From Myxococcota bacterium (GTDB lineage Bacteria > Myxococcota_A > SURF-8 > G963663525), in contig CAXXVK010000060.1 of NCBI GenBank assembly GCA_963676915.2, positions 64,001-128,000 of the forward strand: a stretch of 64,000 nucleotides of DNA, in the 5' to 3' direction. Numbering within the stretch: the first letter of the stretch is position 1; each line of letters starts with the position of its first letter. Of this stretch, positions 59,540 to 64,000 are shown one piece after another. A program made the translations under genes and the position numbers. Under the pieces are notes generated by a model. That model was not told the origin of the DNA. It was given only the letters and a program-made list of their open reading frames with translations, and ran no database searches.

Positions 59540-59998
59540 CTACCAGACTTCCGGGTAGCCGATATCCACGAACGCCTTTTCCATTTTGTGCTTGTGTTCG
59601 AGTTCCATGGCGGCCAGTTGGGAAAAGGTTTTGTGAATCTGAGCGTTTTCAGTCTTGGCCGCCATTTGCGTGTAAAACTCGTAGGCTGTCTGCTCTTTTT
59701 TCATGGCCAAAGCAATGGCGTCCGCCGGTTTGAGGTCGATACTCAGCTCGGGTTCTTCGGTGATTTCGGCCAGTTTGAAATCAACCTCCGGTCGCGTGAA
59801 CCGGCTGATGACATCCTGGTCGTTCTTGATTCGCTCGAGCGTGTTTTTGTGCCCGAGTTCTTCGTTGGCCAGTTGCTCGAACAGTTCCTTGACGACCGGG
59901 TTTTTCATATACTTGGCCACTTCCAGGTAAAACGTACGAGCTTCCACTTCTCCCTCGATCGCCCAATCGAGGATTTGTTCAAATTCCTTGCGTTCCAT
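59540..59998 (-). CDS. Rubrerythrin/ferritin-like di-iron protein
   Basis: Paired E..A..FY / E..H motifs (EVEARTFY, EELGH, EQTAYEFY, ELEH). Confidence 0.88.
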   Translation of the reverse strand: MERKEFEQILDWAIEGEVEARTFYLEVAKYMKNPVVKELFEQLANEELGHKNTLERIKNDQDVISRFTRPEVDFKLAEITEEPELSIDLKPADAIALAMKKEQTAYEFYTQMAAKTENAQIHKTFSQLAAMELEHKHKMEKAFVDIGYPEVW

Positions 59999-60126
59999 TG
60001 CTATGGCTCCTTCCCTTGGTTCGTTCAGAAATTTTCATCCAGAATATGGAGTATACAGTAAGAACGCTTTGCGGACCAAGCAATGGTAAAAAATATGGAA
60101 TCGTTTCTTTTTAGTGCAGAACGTCG

Positions 60127-60870
60127 TTATCTGACTCGTTTGGACAACATCAGCATCGTCTGGTTGCGGTCTTCCATTTCGAGACAGGCTTCCAGCCCCG
60201 CTGCATCGATGTTCATGTTGATCGCTTCTTTGGTGACCCGCAGACCGAAAGGATCGCGCTTGAGCATCGTCCAGGCCAATTCTTCAGCGGTTTCCAGCAG
60301 TTTTTCGCGGGGAACCCGTCGGCTGGCAAAGCCCAGGTTCATGGCGTCTTCGTCGCTCATCCAATTGCCGGTCATCAGGAATTCGTTGGCCCGACCCGAG
60401 CCGATCAACCTCGGCAAAAAGTAACTGGCCGCCATGTCCGCACCGCCAAGACCGATTTTGATGTACGCGGCGTTGAAGCGGCTACCTTCGGCGATCACCC
60501 GCACGTCCGAAGCCATCGCCATGGAAAATCCCAGCCCGGCTGCGGCCCCATGCACGGCACTGATGATCGGCTGCGGTGCCTGACGCATCGCCAGCAAAGG
60601 ACGAGACAAACGCCGTTGGGCATCGTAGACTTCACGGGGCTGCATAGCGAAAATCTGCGGTCCGAAACTTTCCATATCCAATCCGGCGCAAAATCCTTTG
60701 GCGTTCCCACCATCGAGAAGGATTACACCTACGCTGTCATCGTAACGACGTTCGCGCCAGAACTCGTGGAGTTCGCGGATCATCGTTTCGTTGACGGCGT
60801 TGTATTTGTCGGGACGGTTGAGCGTCAGACGTCCCAGTCGGCCTTCTGTGGTGTATGTCAACGTTTCCAT
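60127..60870 (-). CDS. Enoyl-CoA hydratase/isomerase family protein
   Basis: LNRPDKYNA, FCAGLD, PIISAVHGAAAGLG and YFLPRLIG. Confidence 0.92.
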   Translation of the reverse strand: METLTYTTEGRLGRLTLNRPDKYNAVNETMIRELHEFWRERRYDDSVGVILLDGGNAKGFCAGLDMESFGPQIFAMQPREVYDAQRRLSRPLLAMRQAPQPIISAVHGAAAGLGFSMAMASDVRVIAEGSRFNAAYIKIGLGGADMAASYFLPRLIGSGRANEFLMTGNWMSDEDAMNLGFASRRVPREKLLETAEELAWTMLKRDPFGLRVTKEAINMNIDAAGLEACLEMEDRNQTMLMLSKRVR

Positions 60871-60994
60871 GGAAAATCCTCCCTATGGATAAAAAGTGTC
60901 GAGGTTGCCCTTTACTGGAAATCGTCCATCGTGTTTCAAGGTGAAACCAGATGGAAATCAAAGGGTTGGGTTGTATGCTTCGGCTGTTTTCGGA

Positions 60995-61517
60995 TTATTT
61001 GCCTAAATGTTTTTCCACACCCCGATTGACTTTCACGAGGTTTGGCTTGACCAACGCCAGCACCAGTTTTTCGACCTGACCGGTAATGGATTTCGCCAAG
61101 AATTTCGGGATCATCGGATGACGTGCGAGGTCGAGGTTGAGTTCACCCGTCAGCTTTACTTTCGTGCCGTCACCTTCGGCCGTGAAATAGTTGCGCCCAT
61201 GCACGTCGATGTACTCGCTCAGGAAAATCATTTCGTAGGCGGTAATCCACGAAATAACCGTCGTTGTCCCACTGCGCGTGATCGATGTAACCCAACTGTT
61301 CTGGCTTGATAAACTTCGACAGTGCCTTGGGAATCCGGTTTTCCAGCATCCAGCGGTTGACCAGTTTCAGCTTGTTGCCCGGCAATTCCTCGCGCTCGTC
61401 GCAGGAGATCGATTTGACGTCCGGGAGGTACTCGATCAGTTCGGGAAGCTTGTCCCGCATGGTGGAAAACACGTCGTCGAGTGCAAATGGAACCTGGTCG
61501 ATGACTTCGAATTGCAT
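60995..61517 (-). pseudogene. START/SRPBCC-fold (DUF2505-like) protein with one frameshift near 61235
   Basis: RDKLPELIEYLPDV...W...IP...A.W continues in ORF 60995..61231 (GRNYF...GELNL...VEK..LVKPNL). Confidence 0.6.
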
Positions 61518-61993
61518 GGAGCCTCCTTGCCAAAGAAAATCGATAAGATAGATTCAACGTTTGTTTTCGTCGCTGCCGTCCAGAATAGTCCAAACGCCAG
61601 AAAAAACGGAACGAAATTCTTGTAATTCTTGTTTCGTTGGCAGGATGTAAAACGGAAGAGAAACCGATGCCCTCTTCAAAACGTTGATTCCAGCCGGTCG
61701 GATCATTCTTTGCTTGAATTCTTCCTGACTGTAACATTCCGTATTTAAACGCTTTTTACGATATCTGGACCAAGAAAACATCTCTTTTTTCAACGGAGAC
61801 GAAGAATACACTCCTTAATGTTTGGATGATAAAACACAGTTAAGGACTTGAAATAATGAAAACTATCCTTATCTTAGCGAAACCGAGATGCGCTGCATCA
61901 TGAAAGGAAAAATGGGATTCGGTGAAGGATACGCATAACCAATAGGCAAACAGCTATCGAATCCCCAACAAATGACAACGAAAGGTACGGATC

Positions 61994-62596
61994 ATGAAAA
62001 AATATTTCTCCCTCTTTTTTGCACTGGCGTTGTGGTTTACGGCGGCAGAAGCTTCGGCGATGAATACTACCTGGCAATTGGACAACGCCCACAGCGAGGT
62101 AGGGTTTTCGGTGCGTCACTTGGGAATTTCCAACGTCAAAGGCCGATTCACATCCTTTTCCGCTGAAATCGAAGCCGACAAGCAAACGGGGAAACTCGTG
62201 AAGGTCAAGGCTGTGGCCAAAGCCGATAGCGTCAATACCGGAATCGACGCCCGAGACAATCATCTGCGCGGTGCGGATTTCTTCGACGTGTCGAAATTCC
62301 CGGAAATCAAGATGGTTTCCCGCTCGATCAAGGTCAAAGGCGACGAAGCGACGATGATCGTAGATTTCACAATGAAAGGAATCACGAAAACCGTGACCTT
62401 CAAGGGAGAATATCTGGGGTCGCAAAAAGCGGACTTCGGCAACGGACCGACTTTGCGTGCGGGTTACAGTTTTTCTGGAAAGATCAGTCGTAAAGCGTTC
62501 GGACTGACCTGGAACAACCTGATCGAAGGAACGGCCGCCGTAGGCGATACCGTGAAAATTCACTTCGAGGTGGAGATTTTTCGACCTATGAAATAA
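61994..62596 (+). CDS. yceI: YceI-family lipid/polyisoprenoid-binding protein
   Basis: Signal peptide; LDNAHSEVGFSVRHLG, VKGRF, RDNHLR..DFFD and RKAFG. Confidence 0.9.
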   Translation: MKKYFSLFFALALWFTAAEASAMNTTWQLDNAHSEVGFSVRHLGISNVKGRFTSFSAEIEADKQTGKLVKVKAVAKADSVNTGIDARDNHLRGADFFDVSKFPEIKMVSRSIKVKGDEATMIVDFTMKGITKTVTFKGEYLGSQKADFGNGPTLRAGYSFSGKISRKAFGLTWNNLIEGTAAVGDTVKIHFEVEIFRPMK

Positions 62597-63217
62597 TCAC
62601 GAATCCGTTCGAGAGATAATTCCATGGCTACGGCGCTGTCCTCCTTGCCTCCGGTGGAGGACTCGCCGTTGTCCATGAGATTGTGTGAGTCTCAGCACCA
62701 TAGCAAGTCGGAAAACAAGCTTTTCTACATGCAACGAATTCCCAATAAAAGCGTATAATATCTTGTAGTTACATATGATATAACCTCGTTTGAAAGAGCG
62801 ACATCACATCTTTCCACCCTCGCGAGAAAGATAACATTTCTTTCTCTCGCACTAACCCGCATAATTCATGAAGAATCACCTACGACTTGAAAACTCTTGA
62901 TCTTTCATTCGTTTCCCGATTTTTTTAACCTCAACAACCTGTCAAGGTTGCTTCCGTTAAAAAATCACTCCAACGTCATGAAAGTTCTTCGGTTTTCGGC
63001 GTCTCGCTACGATCCTCATGAAGTATGCGGGATAAATTCTTCAAATCCACTTCCCAACGCTATTTTTCCTCCCCCATCCATCGACGGCAAACCATGACTT
63101 CCTTTCTTGGCGAGTCGGGCGAGTTGTGCTAGATTCGAAACAAGTGAAACATACCGCCGAGAAGGATGTTGCGTTTCGTTTTCGGCATGACATCGACCCC
63201 AAGACACGGAAACCGTT

Positions 63218-63886
63218 ATGGAAATCGTCTCCCCCCAAGTCATTGTTGAAACGCCGCCCGAACACATCGAAGAATATGTTCGGATGATCGAGCGATACGG
63301 TCGGGTCTGCTACAAGTCCGAGGAGCGCATCACCGAGGGAACCGCCGAGCCGTTCATCCAGAAATACATGATCGAGCGAGGTCATGAATCCGTGCTGGAG
63401 CATTGTTCCGTCACGGTGCGATTTATCTGCGATCGTTCCGCTTCTCACCAACTGGTGCGGCATCGTCTGGGATCGTTTTCGCAGGAATCCCAACGGTATT
63501 GCAATTATGGAAAGAAAGGGCTTCAGGTTATCTGTCCGCCGTCGATCGCCCGCCGCGCCGCGTTGTATGACCACTGGTGCGCTCACGTCGAACAGGCGGA
63601 AAACGAATACAACTATCTGCTGGAGGCGGGAATTCCTCCCGAGGACGCCCGCAGCGTCCTGCCCAATTGCACGAAAACCGAAATCGTGGCGACCTTCAAT
63701 CTTCGGCAATGGCGGCACGTTTTCCAGCAACGGGCGCTCAACCCGCGGGCGCAGTGGCAGATCCGCGAACTGATGACCGAGTTGCTCAAGCAGTTTTCCA
63801 AGCTGATTCCGGCCGTGTTCGAGGATATGCAACGAAAAATCCTTTACAAGCTGGTATTCGAGCAAAAAGGGGATGTGGACGACTAA
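63218..63886 (+). CDS. thyX: FAD-dependent thymidylate synthase
   Basis: GRVCYKS, GHESVLEH, SHQLVRHRLGSFSQESQRY, EDARSVLP and AQWQIR. Confidence 0.95.
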   Translation: MEIVSPQVIVETPPEHIEEYVRMIERYGRVCYKSEERITEGTAEPFIQKYMIERGHESVLEHCSVTVRFICDRSASHQLVRHRLGSFSQESQRYCNYGKKGLQVICPPSIARRAALYDHWCAHVEQAENEYNYLLEAGIPPEDARSVLPNCTKTEIVATFNLRQWRHVFQQRALNPRAQWQIRELMTELLKQFSKLIPAVFEDMQRKILYKLVFEQKGDVDD

Positions 63887-64000
63887 AGCGTCGCTTTCCC
63901 TTTCATGTACGCAGGTTCGAGCGGTTCTTTCTTTTTCCGCTCGAAATTGGATCGGACCTGCGAGCCGGTCCACCATTCCGAAGTCGTTTCGGCGAATTTG
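63883..64000 (-). CDS. 3' end of an unidentified convergent gene
   Basis: Open frame ...KFAETTSEWWTGSQVRSNFERKKKEPLEPAYMKGKATL* with the stop overlapping the thyX stop. Confidence 0.35.
   Translation of the reverse strand, partial: KFAETTSEWWTGSQVRSNFERKKKEPLEPAYMKGKATL

Noticed and set aside
61852-61870. Fur-box-like sequence upstream of yceI
   Set aside because: Only about 12/19 match to the consensus in AT-rich DNA; not distinguishable from chance.
1-64000. tRNA, rRNA, riboswitch, prophage or defence-system genes
   Set aside because: Nothing recognisable by eye in the intergenic regions or ORFs; an Infernal/tRNAscan run would be needed to exclude small RNAs.

Overview
Chromosomal window from a moderately GC-rich Gram-negative bacterium, most likely Myxococcota or a related former deltaproteobacterium. 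The lineage call rests on MYXO-CTERM-like tails, a MXAN_5808-like S41 protease, PxxKW and DUF6178 proteins, and a split atpZ-I-B-E operon. Housekeeping genes (tgt, pdxS/pdxT, DEAD-box helicase, ilvE, atpB/atpE, tatD, thyX, tamB-like, cheD) alternate with large Cys-rich secreted proteins and lipoproteins. No rRNA, tRNA, CRISPR, prophage or intact transposase was seen. Six genes carry about nine single-base frameshifts in two main clusters, probably long-read assembly errors. The main candidates for undescribed biology are: (i) a translationally coupled pair of a degenerate Gfo/Idh/MocA protein and a Gfo/Idh/MocA-radical SAM fusion; (ii) a beta-lactamase-fold serine hydrolase fused to murein peptide ligase Mpl; (iii) three REP/REPIN families, one apparently GATG-headed with covarying stems, plus a 204-bp MITE with a 7-bp target duplication carrying a REP pair; (iv) several apparent pseudoenzymes (GH36-like, ApbE-like, HgdD-like). 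All family assignments come from motif recognition by eye, not database searches.
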